Assembly: GCA_965203055.1 (NCBI GenBank)
Contig: OZ241863.1
Location: 2,624,001 to 2,688,000 of the forward strand
Reading direction: 5' to 3'
DNA: 64,000 bases
From: Spirochaetia bacterium
Lineage (GTDB): Bacteria > Spirochaetota > Spirochaetia > SZUA-6 > Bin103
Made by a program: the position numbers and the translations under genes. The notes under the pieces were generated by a model. The model searched no databases and was not told the DNA's origin. It was given only the letters and a program-made list of their open reading frames with translations. Numbering within the stretch: the stretch's first letter is position 1; each line of letters starts with the position of its first letter. Shown piece after piece: positions 1 through 10,734 of the stretch.

Positions 1-128
1 GTCCTGTATGGCGGCGCGCCGGCCATCGCGCCGCTGCTGGCGCGGCGCCGGCCGCTCACCCTGGTACGCGAGAGCCGCCGCCGCGCGCTGCGCGCCGCGC
101 TGCTGCGCGCCCCGACACGGCCCGCTTG

Positions 129-3100
129 CTAGGGCGCCGGCGCCTGCTCCGAACCTGAAAACTCCTCGGCGGCGCGGCGCGCCCAGCTCGAATCGGGAAA
201 GCGTTCGTCGAGACGGCGCGCGAACAGGGCCGCGGCGGCATGGTCGCCGGCGTCGCGCTGCGCCAGCGCGCCCCGGAACCAGGCTTCGGCCGCCACCTCC
301 GGCTGCTCCGCGAAGCGCACCGCGGCGGCGCCGTACTCCTCCGCGGCGGCCGCCGCGGAGCCGGTGCGGGCCAGCACCCGGGCCACGCCCAAGGCGCCCT
401 GACCGGCGACCGCGACCGGTTCCGCGAGGGCCAGCCCGCGGTAGAGACGTTCGGCCTCGGACCAGCGCTCACCTGCCTCGTAGACTCGGCCCAACAACAG
501 CAGCGCCGCCGAGCGCACCGCCTCGCTGCCCGCCGCCGCGAGCTGCTCCTGCAGCACCCGCTCGGCGGCGGCGTGGTCGCGGTCCAGCAGCGCCTCGGCA
601 TAGGCCAGCCGGACCGGTGCCGCCAGCTCCGGGGGCACTGCCGCCTCCGCCGAGGTCGCGCGCCGGTAGTACTGCCGCACCAGGTCCGGTTCCGCGGCCG
701 CCAGCCCGGCCTGCAGCAGCGCCGCCACCTGCGCGCCGCGCGCGCCCGCGGGATGGTGCAGCAGATAGCTCCACGCCGCTTCCACGCCGGCCGGCCCATC
801 CTCCAGCTCCGCCAGCACCCCCACCACGGAGTAGCGCGCCAGTTCCGCCATCCCCGGCGCCCAATCCTGCGGCTGGCCGCCGGCCTGCGCGGCGCTGGCC
901 CGGTAGGCCGCGGCGGCCTCCCGCAGCCGCCCCAGCTCGCGCAGGGTATCCGCCCGCCGCAGGCGCCCCAGGGCGGTGAGCCGATGGTCGGGAAACGCCG
1001 CCTCCAGACGCTGCAGCCAGCCGGCGGCGGCGTCCAGGTCGCCGGCCGCAAGGTGCAGGCGCGCCAGCTCGTAATGAATCGCCGGCCGCAGCGCGTCATC
1101 TGCCGGCACCGCCTCCAGCGCGGCCTGCAGCTCCGCTTCAGCCGCGGCCAGGTCCCGCAGCAGCGCCGAGGCCAGTCCCGCGCGGTACCAGTGCAAGCCC
1201 GGTTCCGCCGCGGCCGCCGCCGGCTCCGCCGCCAGTTCGCGGAACAGGGCGCGCGCCGGCTCCCAGTCGCCGGCGCGAAACAGCGCCAGCGCCTGCCAGC
1301 TACGCGCCGCCGCGGCCGCGCCGACATCCTCCGCCGCCGCCGGCGCCGCCGGCTCCGGGTCCGGCCGCCGGGGGCCGGCGTAGGCCGCGGCGGCCAGGCC
1401 GAAGTACTCCGCGGCCTCCCGCGGCCGTCCCAGGCGATAGAGCGCCGCCGCCTGCGCCAGTCGCCCGGCCGCCAGCCACCGCCCAGCGGCGCCGGCCGCG
1501 ACCTGCTCCAGCACCTCCAGCGCGGCAGCGTAGGCTCCGGTGTTGAAGTAGGTCACGGCCAGCGCGTATCCGGCCCGTTGGCGCAACTCGCCGCCGCCGG
1601 CCGCGGCCAGCGCCTCGCTGAAGAAGGGCGCGGCGCGGGCATACTCGCCGCGCCGCGCGTACACGGCGCCGATGCGGTACTGGCTCTCGGCGCGCGCCGC
1701 CGGCGGGAGCTCGGCTGCGCTCCGCGCCAGGTGCCCGAGCGCGGCAACGTCGTCACCCAGCCACAGCAGCGCGATGCCGCGCCGCAGCTCCTCGGGCGCG
1801 GTCAACCGGCGCCGGGCGGCAATTCGATCCAGCGTTTCGAGCAGTCCCTGATGGTCGCCCGCGCGTTCCTGCACCTCCAGCAGCAAACCCTCCGCGGCCG
1901 GCCGGCGTTCGCTGTCCGGAAAACGCTCCAGGAACTGCTCCAGCGCCGCCGCGGCCGCGGCCAACCGGCCCGCGCCGGCCAGCAGCCGCAGCCGCTCGTA
2001 GAGCGCGACTTCGCTGATGGCGGGGTCAGGGCCGGCGGCGGCCTCTTCGAAGTTGACGATCGCCTGCCGCGGTACGCCGTTTTCGACCAGGGCCAGCGCC
2101 AGGTTGAACGCCAGCACCTGCCGCCGGCGGGGCGCGACCGCGACCGCCAGGCCGGCCTCGTAGGCGGTAACCGCCGCCCTCCAGTCGCCGGCGGCCGCAT
2201 GCACGTCGCCGCTCAGCAGCGCCACCGCGGCCGGGTCGCGGCCCGGCTCCGGCGCGCCGCCGCCCGCCCCGCCCGCCGCGCCGGCCTCCGATTCCAGCTT
2301 CGCTTCCAGCTCCGCCGCCAGGCGGCGCGCGCCGGCCACGTCGCCGGCGTCCAGCAGCAGACCGGCCAGCCGATAGCTGGCGGTACGCCGGTGGGCGGCG
2401 TCGGGGAACAGCTCCAGGTAGCGCCGGTAGGAGGCAGTCGCGGAGGTGGTCTCGGCGGCGAAGTGCTGCGCCTCGGCAACGAAGAACAGCGCTTCCTGCG
2501 CCTGCGGCGCTTGCGGGTGATCGGCGAGGATGCGCCGGAAGCGCTGCGCCGCGGCCGGGTAGCTGCCTTGCGCCAGCAACAGCGCGCCGGAGCGCTCCAG
2601 CCAGCGGGCAGTGGCCGCGGGCTCCGCGGCCGGGCCGGCCGCGGCAAGCAGCTCCTCGTAGCGGTCAAGCGCCTCCGGCGCGCGCCCGAGTCGCTCCAGG
2701 GCCTCCGCTTCCGCTTCGCGCGCCAGCAGCGCGTAGGGCGGCGGTTCGGCTTGCGGCTGACTCAGGTGGCGCTGCAGCGCGGTAAGCGCGCCGCCCGCAT
2801 CTCCCGCGGCCAGGCGCGCCGCGCCAACCCAGTACCAGAGCTGGTCGCCGTAGGGCGAGTCGGGGAACTGCCGTTGGTGGGCGGCGAACCGCTGCGCAGC
2901 GCTGCCGGCAGCCGCAGGGTCGGCCACGTCCGCGGCAAGGGCGCCGTAGAATAGGCTCAGCGCCTCCAGAAACGATGCCGGAACCGCCTCCCGCGCCCCC
3001 GGCGCGGTGTTCAGCAGCGTCCGAAAATTGCGGGCCGCAACCTCGTACAGGCCGGCTTCGAAGGCCTCGATGCCATCGTCGAAGAGCTCCGCCGGCGGCT

Positions 3101-3209
3101 GTTGCGCCGCGGCGAGCGCGGCTGACAGCCACGCCAGGACGACCGCCGCCCGGCGCCCGACCGCGGCGGCCGGGCGCCGGGCGCGGCAACCGCTACTCCT
3201 GACCGGCAC
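129..3209 (-). CDS. Large secreted tetratricopeptide-repeat protein (BamD/CpoB-type TPR units)
   Basis: 1026-aa ORF. N-terminal signal-like segment (VVLAWLSAALAAA), repeated TPR units ending in FPDS/HPQA motifs (YRRYLELFPDA, FLERFPDS, LDERFPDS). Start overlaps the clpC stop. Confidence 0.85.
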   Translation of the reverse strand: MPVRSSGCRARRPAAAVGRRAAVVLAWLSAALAAAQQPPAELFDDGIEAFEAGLYEVAARNFRTLLNTAPGAREAVPASFLEALSLFYGALAADVADPAAAGSAAQRFAAHQRQFPDSPYGDQLWYWVGAARLAAGDAGGALTALQRHLSQPQAEPPPYALLAREAEAEALERLGRAPEALDRYEELLAAAGPAAEPAATARWLERSGALLLAQGSYPAAAQRFRRILADHPQAPQAQEALFFVAEAQHFAAETTSATASYRRYLELFPDAAHRRTASYRLAGLLLDAGDVAGARRLAAELEAKLESEAGAAGGAGGGAPEPGRDPAAVALLSGDVHAAAGDWRAAVTAYEAGLAVAVAPRRRQVLAFNLALALVENGVPRQAIVNFEEAAAGPDPAISEVALYERLRLLAGAGRLAAAAAALEQFLERFPDSERRPAAEGLLLEVQERAGDHQGLLETLDRIAARRRLTAPEELRRGIALLWLGDDVAALGHLARSAAELPPAARAESQYRIGAVYARRGEYARAAPFFSEALAAAGGGELRQRAGYALAVTYFNTGAYAAALEVLEQVAAGAAGRWLAAGRLAQAAALYRLGRPREAAEYFGLAAAAYAGPRRPDPEPAAPAAAEDVGAAAAARSWQALALFRAGDWEPARALFRELAAEPAAAAAEPGLHWYRAGLASALLRDLAAAEAELQAALEAVPADDALRPAIHYELARLHLAAGDLDAAAGWLQRLEAAFPDHRLTALGRLRRADTLRELGRLREAAAAYRASAAQAGGQPQDWAPGMAELARYSVVGVLAELEDGPAGVEAAWSYLLHHPAGARGAQVAALLQAGLAAAEPDLVRQYYRRATSAEAAVPPELAAPVRLAYAEALLDRDHAAAERVLQEQLAAAGSEAVRSAALLLLGRVYEAGERWSEAERLYRGLALAEPVAVAGQGALGVARVLARTGSAAAAAEEYGAAAVRFAEQPEVAAEAWFRGALAQRDAGDHAAAALFARRLDERFPDSSWARRAAEEFSGSEQAPAP

Positions 3210-5718
3210 CTACCAGTTCAGGGGTCCGGCTGCGGGATGTGGCCTTGGCGGCAGTCGTGCGCCGGCGCCGGAACAACAACTTGCCGTCCCTGACATACGC
3301 AATCGCGGTGCTCCCCGGCAGGAAACGCCCCTTGAGGATGTCCAGCGACAACGGATCTTCGATATCCTTTTGCAGCACCCGGCGCAGCGGTCGCGCGCCA
3401 TACTTCGGGTCGTAGCCCTTCTCCATCAAGTACTCGCGCGCGTCCTTGCGCACCTCGAGATTGATCTGCTGATCGTCGAGACGGGCGCGCACTTCCTGCA
3501 ACTCCAGTTCCAGGATCTGCTCCAACTGCGCCTTGCTCAAGGCGTGGAACACGACCGACTCGTCGATGCGATTCAGGAACTCGGGGCTGAACAGGCGCTT
3601 CATCTCGGCCAGCACGTGCGACTTGATCTCGGAGAACTGCTTGCCCCCGGGCGTCACCTGGAATCCCAGCGCCGAGTCCGTGCTGATCTCGCGGGCGCCG
3701 GCGTTCGAGGTCATGATCAGCACCGTGTTGCGGAATGACACCGTATGGCCAAGCTGGTCCTGAAGCTGCCCCTCCTCCAGCACCTGCAACAACAGGTTGA
3801 ACACGTCAGGGTGCGCCTTTTCGATTTCGTCCAGCAGGATCACGCTGTAGGGCCGCCGGCGGATGCGCTCGGTGAGCATGCCGCCCTCCTCGTAGCCGAC
3901 GTAGCCCGGCGGCGCGCCCACCAGCCGCGAAACATTGTGCTTCTCCATGAAGTCCGACATGTCGATGCGGACCAGGGCCTCTTCATTGCCGAACAGAAAT
4001 TCGGCCAAGGTCTTGGCTACCAGCGTCTTGCCGACCCCGGTCGGGCCCAGGAACACGAACGAGCCGAGCGGCCGGCGCGGCGATGAGAGACCGGTGCGGG
4101 AACGCCGGATGGCCGCGGCAATCACCGCAATCGCCTCATCCTGTCCCACCACCCGCTGGTGCAGTTCATCCTCGATGTTGAGCAGCCGTTCCGATTCGGT
4201 CTGCACGATCCGCGCCAACGGGATGCCGGTGATCTCCGAAATCACGTGCTGGATATCTTCCACGTCCACCAGCCGCTGCTCCGATTGCATGTTCTTTTGC
4301 CACTTCTTCTTGCGGGCGTCGAGATCGGTCTTGAGTTGGCGCACCTGGTCGCGCACCTTGGCCGCCTTCTCATAATTCTGGCTGTTCACCAAGTTGCTCT
4401 TCTCGATGGTGAGGCGTTCGATCTTCGAATCCAGATCGGTCAGCTCCTTGGGCCGGGCGCTGTTGTCGATCCGCTTGCGGGCTCCGGCCTCATCCAGCAG
4501 ATCGATTGCCTTGTCCGGCAGGTGCCGGTCGCTGATGTAGCGCTGCGACAGTTGCGCGGCCGATTCCAGCGCATCGTAGGTGTATACCACCTGATGGTGC
4601 GCGGCGTAGCGCTCCTTGATGCCCTTGAGAATCTCGATGGTGTCTTCGACCTCCGGTTCCTCCACGAAAACGGCCTGAAAACGCCGCTCCAGCGCGGCGT
4701 CGCGCTCGATGTACTTGCGGAACTCGTTGAGCGTGGTGGCGCCGATGCACTGCAACTCGCCGCGCGACAGCGCCGGCTTGAGCATGTTGGAAGCATCGAT
4801 GGCGCCTTCCGCGCCGCCCGCCCCGATGATGGTGTGCAGCTCGTCGATGAACAGCACCACGTTGCCGCTGCCGGTGATTTCCTTCATCACCCGCTTGAGG
4901 CGCTCCTCGAACTCGCCGCGGTACTTGGTTCCGGCCACTATGGAGGCAAGGTCCAGGGTCAGCACGCGGCGCCCGTGGAGCACGTCGGGGGCGGTGCCGT
5001 TCACCACCTTCTGCGCCAACCCCTCGACGATCGCGGTCTTCCCGACCCCGGGTTCGCCGATCAGCACCGGGTTGTTCTTGGTGCGGCGCGCCAGAATCTG
5101 AATCACCCGTTGAATCTCCCGGGTGCGGCCAATGACCGGATCCAGCTTGCCCTCCCGCGCCAGGCTGGTGAGATCGCGGCTGAACTCGTCCAGCGTCGGC
5201 GTCGGCTTGCGCGCGGAACCCTGGCTGCGCCGGCGCGATCCGCTGCCGCTGCCGCCGCTGCGCTGCTGCTGCGCTTCGCCGACTCCGTTGATGCGGATCA
5301 CGGCTTCGCGCAGCATGTTGGGCGTGACGTTGAACTTCTGCAGATAGCGCAGCACCACCCCTTCGCGCTCGCGCGCCGCGGCCAGCAGGAAGTGTTCGGT
5401 GCCAATCAGCTCGTGGCCCATGCTGGACGCCTCGTCGGCGGAGGTCTCCAGCATCTTGCGGGTGCGCTTGGAAGCCGGCACGTCGCCGAGAATCAGACCG
5501 CCGGTTCCCTTCGGCACCGAGCGCTCGATCTCCAACTGCATCTCGGCGACGTTGATCTTGGCGCGCTGCAGCGCCTTTACCGCAACCCCTTCGCCATCCT
5601 TGAGCAACGCCAGGATCACGTGTTCCGGCAACGACTGCTCCGAATGAAACCGTTTGGCCTCTTCCTGAGCGAGGATGGTGAGGACCTTGTGAGCCCGTTG
5701 CGTCAAACCCTTAAACAT
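3193..5718 (-). CDS. clpC: ATP-dependent Clp protease ATP-binding subunit ClpC
   Basis: Clp N-domain repeats, two Walker A motifs ([16 protein letters not shown]), pore loops KYRGEF and GYVGYEEGG, short M domain (YEKAAKVRD), ClpP-docking LGF. Start placed at ATG 5718 (MFKGLTQRA). Confidence 0.95.
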   Translation of the reverse strand: MFKGLTQRAHKVLTILAQEEAKRFHSEQSLPEHVILALLKDGEGVAVKALQRAKINVAEMQLEIERSVPKGTGGLILGDVPASKRTRKMLETSADEASSMGHELIGTEHFLLAAAREREGVVLRYLQKFNVTPNMLREAVIRINGVGEAQQQRSGGSGSGSRRRSQGSARKPTPTLDEFSRDLTSLAREGKLDPVIGRTREIQRVIQILARRTKNNPVLIGEPGVGKTAIVEGLAQKVVNGTAPDVLHGRRVLTLDLASIVAGTKYRGEFEERLKRVMKEITGSGNVVLFIDELHTIIGAGGAEGAIDASNMLKPALSRGELQCIGATTLNEFRKYIERDAALERRFQAVFVEEPEVEDTIEILKGIKERYAAHHQVVYTYDALESAAQLSQRYISDRHLPDKAIDLLDEAGARKRIDNSARPKELTDLDSKIERLTIEKSNLVNSQNYEKAAKVRDQVRQLKTDLDARKKKWQKNMQSEQRLVDVEDIQHVISEITGIPLARIVQTESERLLNIEDELHQRVVGQDEAIAVIAAAIRRSRTGLSSPRRPLGSFVFLGPTGVGKTLVAKTLAEFLFGNEEALVRIDMSDFMEKHNVSRLVGAPPGYVGYEEGGMLTERIRRRPYSVILLDEIEKAHPDVFNLLLQVLEEGQLQDQLGHTVSFRNTVLIMTSNAGAREISTDSALGFQVTPGGKQFSEIKSHVLAEMKRLFSPEFLNRIDESVVFHALSKAQLEQILELELQEVRARLDDQQINLEVRKDAREYLMEKGYDPKYGARPLRRVLQKDIEDPLSLDILKGRFLPGSTAIAYVRDGKLLFRRRRTTAAKATSRSRTPELVGAGQE

Positions 5719-5914
5719 GGTCCGGTTCCCGTTGCGTGAGTACTGTTCCGAGGCGCGGCGCGCAGGCATGGCATTGCCGTGCTCGAACTTGTCGGTGTGC
5801 TACCACTGGTAAACGGCTCCTTCGTGGATCGTGGCTCGATGCGCAGTGACGAACGACGGCCGCCGGCGGCTGCCGCGGCCCGTGCGCTGTTGGCGTGAGG
5901 AGCGCCATAGCGCC

Positions 5915-5943
5915 GTTATAGTGCATGCCGCGCTGCCAATCAA
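5915..5943 (-). promoter_or_regulatory. Putative sigma70-type promoter for clpC
   Basis: TTGATT-17 nt-TATAAC on the minus strand, just downstream of the lolE terminator. Confidence 0.5.
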
Positions 5944-5953
5944 GAGGCCGAGC

Positions 5954-5982
5954 AAAAACCAGGCCGGCCGGCGGCGGCCCGG
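5954..5982 (-). terminator. Putative intrinsic terminator after lolE
   Basis: CCGGGCCG/CGGCCTGG stem (one G-U pair) followed by TTTTT on the minus strand. Confidence 0.55.
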
Positions 5983-6010
5983 CGCCCGCCTTCGCCCGCC
6001 TTCGCCCGCC

Positions 6011-7438
6011 TTACCGCGCCCGCTCCGGCCCCGCCGCCTGCGAGCGGCGCAGTACCTCCAGCGGCAGGCGGCGCGCCGCCCGCGCCGCCGGTATCGCGGC
6101 CGCCAGCGCCGCCAGGGCAATGCTGCCACCGGCCACCACGCACAGCGGCGCCAGTTCCACCTCGATGGGGATCTGTTCCAGGTAGAAGCTGCGGTCGACC
6201 AGCGTCACCGCCTGCGGGGCCGCCGGGGCGGAGGTCAGCAGCATGACCGCGGCCTGCTGCGCCGCGCTGGCAATCGCCTCCAGACCCGCCACCACCTCGT
6301 TGATGTTGAGCGCCGCGGCCAGCCCGCCGGCGATGCCGGTCGCGGCGCCGAGGACGCCGGCCAGCAGGCCGCTGCCGGTGAGCGACCAGAACACCACCTC
6401 CGGCGGCAATCCCTGACTCTTCAGGAACGCCATCTCCTGCCGCCGCGCGAGCGCTACGGTCACCGTGGCCGAGGCCACGTTGACGCCGGCCACCGCGACG
6501 ATGAGCGCCATGATCAGCAACAGCAGCGCGCGGCTGGTGGCGAACGACTCGTAGTTGGCGCGTTCCAGTTGATACCAAGTGTAGATCGGATGACCGGGAC
6601 CCGCCGCCGCGGCGACGGCCGCCAGCACCGGACCCAGGTCGGCGAACGGGTCGCTGACCTTGAGGCCGACGAAGGCGCGGCCGCTGCCCGGCGGCAGCAG
6701 CCGATCGCCGGTGGCGTGCGATACGAATACCCAGAGCTTGTCCAGTTCCTGGTAACCGGTGGCGACGATGGCGCGCACTTCGAGCGGCGTGAGCTTCGGC
6801 ACCAGCAGCGCGGCACCGATTCCGGTGCCGCGCCCGGTGCCGCTTCCAGTGCCGCGCCCGGCGCCGCGGTCGAGGGCGGTCACCAGCAGCAGCCGATCCG
6901 CTACCTGCGCGCCAAGCTGCCGCGCCACCTCGCGCGACAGCGCCACCCCCCGGCCCTGCAGGTCGAATTCCCCCGCCTCGACCGTGAGGTAGCGGCGCAG
7001 CCCGGCGTCGCGGCGGTACAGGTCGGCGTCCAGCGCGCGCACCGTCACCACCTGCCGGCGCGCGCCGGCCGCGGCCAGCGCCACGCCCCGGCGCTCGCGC
7101 GCGGCGATCGTCCCGCGGCCAAGGCTCCGCTCCAGCCGCGCCGCGAGGTCGTCCAGCAGCCGCCCGCGCGCCGCGCCGGCGGCCGTTCCGGCGGGCAGCC
7201 CCACCTGCAGATGATAGCTGCCTACCTCCAGGTAGCGGCGCGTGATGCCGGCAATGAGGCCGTCCGACACCTCCAGCACCACGATCAGCGGCACCAGACT
7301 CAGGCCGATGCCGAGCGCGGCGCCGCCGAGGTAGGCGCCGGCGCCGGCCGCCCCGCGGCGGCGCACCAGGCAGCGCCACGCCAGGCGCGGCGCCAGCCGC
7401 CAGCTCGCCCGCGCCGGAGCGCTGAACGGCCCGCTCAT
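6011..7438 (-). CDS. lolE: Lipoprotein-releasing ABC transporter permease (LolE/LolC family)
   Basis: MacB/FtsX-type topology, GIGLSLVPLIVVLEVSDGLI, ATGYQELDK, FYLEQIP; follows lolD. Confidence 0.85.
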   Translation of the reverse strand: MSGPFSAPARASWRLAPRLAWRCLVRRRGAAGAGAYLGGAALGIGLSLVPLIVVLEVSDGLIAGITRRYLEVGSYHLQVGLPAGTAAGAARGRLLDDLAARLERSLGRGTIAARERRGVALAAAGARRQVVTVRALDADLYRRDAGLRRYLTVEAGEFDLQGRGVALSREVARQLGAQVADRLLLVTALDRGAGRGTGSGTGRGTGIGAALLVPKLTPLEVRAIVATGYQELDKLWVFVSHATGDRLLPPGSGRAFVGLKVSDPFADLGPVLAAVAAAAGPGHPIYTWYQLERANYESFATSRALLLLIMALIVAVAGVNVASATVTVALARRQEMAFLKSQGLPPEVVFWSLTGSGLLAGVLGAATGIAGGLAAALNINEVVAGLEAIASAAQQAAVMLLTSAPAAPQAVTLVDRSFYLEQIPIEVELAPLCVVAGGSIALAALAAAIPAARAARRLPLEVLRRSQAAGPERAR

Positions 7439-8112
7439 GGCGCCGGCTGCAGCACGCCGCCGGCCAGCCGGTAGCCGGCGCCGGCGCGCGCTGCGAGGCG
7501 CGGATCGTGGGTCACCAGCACCAGCGTGGTACCTTCCTGCCGCACCAGATCGAACAACAGGTCGGCGACCATCTGCGAGTTGCGTTCATCCAGATTGCCG
7601 GTCGGCTCGTCGGCCAGCACCAGCACCGGTTCGGCGGCCAGCGCCCGCGCCACCGCTACCCGCTGGCGCTCCCCCCCCGAGAGCTCGGCCGGAAAGTAGT
7701 CGGCGCGGTCGCGCAGCCCGACAGCGCCCAGCAGGTCGCGCGCGCGGCGCTGCGCAATGGCGCGCCTCTGGCCGCGAATCAGGGCCGGAAGCAGGACGTT
7801 CTCCAGCGCGCTGAAGTCGCGCAGCAGGTGGTGGAACTGAAAGATCAGCCCCAGCGAACGCCGGTAGCGGGCCAGCTCGGCCTCGTTCAGAGCGCCCAGA
7901 TCGAGGCTGCCGACCCGCACACTGCCCGGTCCGAAGCGATCCAGGCCGGCGACGATGTTCAGCAGCGTGCTCTTGCCCGAGCCACTCTCGCCGGTAATGG
8001 CCGCGGTGGCGCCCGGCGCGATAGCGAGGTCCAGGCCGCGCAGTACGGTCAGCCGCCCGGCCGGGCCCGCGTAGTGCTTCCACAGCCCCGCGGCGCGGAC
8101 CGTTACCGCCAT
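7435..8112 (-). CDS. lolD: Lipoprotein-releasing ABC transporter ATPase LolD
   Basis: GESGSGKST, IFQFHHLL, LSGGERQRVAVARAL, LADEPTGNLD, VTHD. Start placed at ATG 8112. Confidence 0.92.
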   Translation of the reverse strand: MAVTVRAAGLWKHYAGPAGRLTVLRGLDLAIAPGATAAITGESGSGKSTLLNIVAGLDRFGPGSVRVGSLDLGALNEAELARYRRSLGLIFQFHHLLRDFSALENVLLPALIRGQRRAIAQRRARDLLGAVGLRDRADYFPAELSGGERQRVAVARALAAEPVLVLADEPTGNLDERNSQMVADLLFDLVRQEGTTLVLVTHDPRLAARAGAGYRLAGGVLQPAP

Positions 8113-8164
8113 CGCGCTCGTCGCGCGGCGCGGTGCGCGCTGCCCCGGGCGCCCGCCCGCCGGA

Positions 8165-9535
8165 TCACTCGGCGCGCAACGCCGCGGCCGCGGCCACGCG
8201 GCCGGCGCGGGCGGCCGCCGCCAACCCCGCCAGCGCCGGGGCGGCAACCGTGAACGCCGCCACCAGCAGAACCTCCGCCAGGGGGAGCCGACTCGGCACC
8301 TCGACGAGATAGAAGGTGGAGGGCGAGAAGATCCGCACCGAGGAGGCGGCGCCGGCCGCGCCCGGCAGCCACGCGGCCAGCGCCAGGGCGGCGTTGGCGG
8401 CCGCTTCGAGCGCCGCGAACAAGCCGCCGACGTTGTACGCCAACAGCAACCCCAGCGCGACGCCGGCCGCGGCGCCCAGCAGCCCCAGCAGCCCCCCCTC
8501 CCAGATCAACACGCCGCGCACCACCCACGGCGCCGCGCCGAGGGCGCGCAGCAGCCCCAGCTCCGCGCTGCGCTCCACCACCCGGCGGCGCAATCCCTGG
8601 AGGATGTTGTACGCCACCACGACGAATACCAACCCCAGGATCGCCGCCAGGAGCAGCTTTTCGAGGCGCAGGGCCGCGAACAGGGCGCGGTTGAAGGTCC
8701 GCCACGACTCTACCTCCGCGGCCGGGTCCACCTCCGCCAGCGCGCCCCGCAGCGCGGCCAGCGCCGCCAGGTCGCGAAACCGGTTGTCCAACTTCACGCC
8801 GTAGAGCAGCGGCGCGCCCGCGGCCGAATCGGGGCTCGCCGCCAGCGCGCTCGAAGGGCCGACGAAGCCCCACCCCAGGTCATACTCGTACAGGCCGCTG
8901 CGGAAGATGCCGCGCACCGTGAGCCGCTGCCCGCGCGGCCGCAGCGCTGCTCCGGCGCTGACGCCGGCCGCGCCGTCGAGGGTAACCACCGTCACCTGGT
9001 CCCCGGGAAGCACTCTGAGATGGAGGGCCAGCTCGGCGCCCAGGACGATGCTGGCGGGCGTGTCGACGGCGAACTCCCCGGCGGTGACCTCCACGTGGCG
9101 GGCGAAGCCGGGGTCCAGGCGCCGCACCTCCGGCGGCACTACCCGCACCAGCAGGCCGCGCGACGGCGGCGCCGCGGCCCCGCCGCGCGGCACCCCGGTA
9201 ACGAGGGCCGGCAGCTCGGCGAAGGGAACGACCGCGCTGACCTCCGACACGGAAGAGAGCGCCGCGGCGAAGCGCTGCGCCTCGCCGGCGCTGCGCCCCG
9301 CCGCGGCCGGCGAGGTGACGCGCAGGTGATAGGAACCTATTTCGAGGATGTCTTCGATGAAGCCAAGCTGAAAGCCGTTCATCACCGCCAGCACTACCAG
9401 CAGGGTGGCGCAGCCCAAGGCCAGTCCGCCGGCGGCCAGCAGCGGCGCGGCCTGCAGTCCGCCGCGGCCCAGCCCGAGCTGGCGCGCGCCGACCAGCGCC
9501 GCCAGGCGCAGGTGGCGCGGCAGCAGCCGCGTCAT
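8165..9535 (-). CDS. lolC: Lipoprotein-releasing ABC transporter permease (LolC/LolE family)
   Basis: LLVVLAVMNGFQ, GIFRSGLYEYD, FAALRLEK motifs typical of LolC/E. Confidence 0.88.
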   Translation of the reverse strand: MTRLLPRHLRLAALVGARQLGLGRGGLQAAPLLAAGGLALGCATLLVVLAVMNGFQLGFIEDILEIGSYHLRVTSPAAAGRSAGEAQRFAAALSSVSEVSAVVPFAELPALVTGVPRGGAAAPPSRGLLVRVVPPEVRRLDPGFARHVEVTAGEFAVDTPASIVLGAELALHLRVLPGDQVTVVTLDGAAGVSAGAALRPRGQRLTVRGIFRSGLYEYDLGWGFVGPSSALAASPDSAAGAPLLYGVKLDNRFRDLAALAALRGALAEVDPAAEVESWRTFNRALFAALRLEKLLLAAILGLVFVVVAYNILQGLRRRVVERSAELGLLRALGAAPWVVRGVLIWEGGLLGLLGAAAGVALGLLLAYNVGGLFAALEAAANAALALAAWLPGAAGAASSVRIFSPSTFYLVEVPSRLPLAEVLLVAAFTVAAPALAGLAAAARAGRVAAAAALRAE

Positions 9536-10734
9536 GACGCGCCCGGCGCCGGGGCCGGCGGCGGCGGCGCCAAGTCGCGGGTACGGATCACCTCCCCGGC
9601 GCGCAGCACCTCCTCGCGCTCCCGCGTCCGGTTGCGCCAGAACACCCGCAGCACCGTGCCGTCCGCGCCGTACACCTCCTCCACCCGCTCGCCGGGCGCC
9701 GGGAACGTGGTCACCCGCAGCAGGCGGCCGCGGCGGCGGTATTCCTCGCGCACCCGCAGGCCGGCGCCGTCATAGGCGTAGCGGTAGGTCTCCAGGCCCC
9801 GCTCGCCGGCCACCTCCAGGGAGGCAAGCGTACCATCGGGGTGGTACCGATAACGCTGCTCTTCCAGCAGTGCGCCGCCGGCGCCGGCGGCCGGCGCAGC
9901 GTATACCCGTACCAGGGTGGGGCGCCCGCGCGCGTCGTGAATGGTTTCGGAGCGGGTCTCCGCGCGGCCGTCGAAGCTGGTCTCCGCGCCCGGCCCGCCG
10001 GGCGCGGGGCGGCGCGCCGCCAGCAACCGCTCGCCCGCCCATTCCTCGCGCGCATACTCGGCGCCGCCGGCGGCGCGCACGATCAACTCGGCGTCACCGG
10101 CGCCGTGGCGCTCCTCGATCAACGCGCCGGCGCGGAACACGAGGCCCAGCACCGCGGGCGGGCCGGCGGCGCCGCCGCCGGCCGCCGGATTGCGGGTGAA
10201 GCGGCGCAGGCGGCCGGCCGCGGTCAGCTCGTAGCTGTCGGTCGCCAGCAGCGCGCCGCCGGCGTCGTAACGCTCCACGCGGCGCAGGTCGGAGCCGCGG
10301 TACACCAGCACGTCGCGCTGCCGCAACTCGCCGCCGGGGCTGAAGTGACGCTCCTCCCGCAGCAGTCCGGCGGCGTCGTAGCGGCGTTCGGCGACTACCC
10401 TCCCCTCCTCCAACTCCTGTTCCAGCTCCGGTTCATCGCCCGCGGCCGCAGTGCGGCGCCACTCGCGGACCGCCGCGCCGCCGTTCAGCAGCCGCCGCCG
10501 CGCTACCAGTCCGGCGGCCTGGGCCTCCGCCGCGGAGTCCACCGCCAGCACGAACCCGGAGGCGGCGCCGGGCGCGCCGGCCAGCGCGGCCAGCGGGGTA
10601 CCGAAACGATCGGCGCGCCAATACTCGACCGCGGCGAGCGGCGCGCCCGCCAGCAGCCAGGCCGCCGTTACGGCGGCCGCGCAGCGCGCCCGGCCGGGCA
10701 CCGCCGCCGGCCGGCGCCGCGGCGCCGGCGTCAC
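9532..10734 (-). CDS. Secreted hypothetical protein with YD/RHS-like beta-hairpin repeats
   Basis: Signal-like N-terminus; repeats RRYDAAG, ERYDAGG, YAYDGAG, HDARG; 4-nt overlaps with both neighbours. Confidence 0.7.
   Translation of the reverse strand: MTPAPRRRPAAVPGRARCAAAVTAAWLLAGAPLAAVEYWRADRFGTPLAALAGAPGAASGFVLAVDSAAEAQAAGLVARRRLLNGGAAVREWRRTAAAGDEPELEQELEEGRVVAERRYDAAGLLREERHFSPGGELRQRDVLVYRGSDLRRVERYDAGGALLATDSYELTAAGRLRRFTRNPAAGGGAAGPPAVLGLVFRAGALIEERHGAGDAELIVRAAGGAEYAREEWAGERLLAARRPAPGGPGAETSFDGRAETRSETIHDARGRPTLVRVYAAPAAGAGGALLEEQRYRYHPDGTLASLEVAGERGLETYRYAYDGAGLRVREEYRRRGRLLRVTTFPAPGERVEEVYGADGTVLRVFWRNRTREREEVLRAGEVIRTRDLAPPPPAPAPGAS

Noticed and set aside
1..118. Possible 5' fragment of a minus-strand gene at the window edge (GTG 118)
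   Set aside because: Too short to identify or support.
240..2954. Long antisense and alternate-frame ORFs throughout (e.g. 240-2954+, 4159-5739+, 27379-29262+, 42970-44706-, 59248-60984-)
   Set aside because: Shadow ORFs of real genes in high-GC DNA; no recognisable motifs.
5985..6012. CCCGCCTTCG near-triple tandem repeat after lolE
   Set aside because: Short GC-rich slippage repeat; does not match CtsR or CIRCE operators.
5800..6129. 109-aa ORF with a hydrophobic stretch upstream of clpC
   Set aside because: The hydrophobic part is the translation of the terminator and promoter; the start lies inside lolE.
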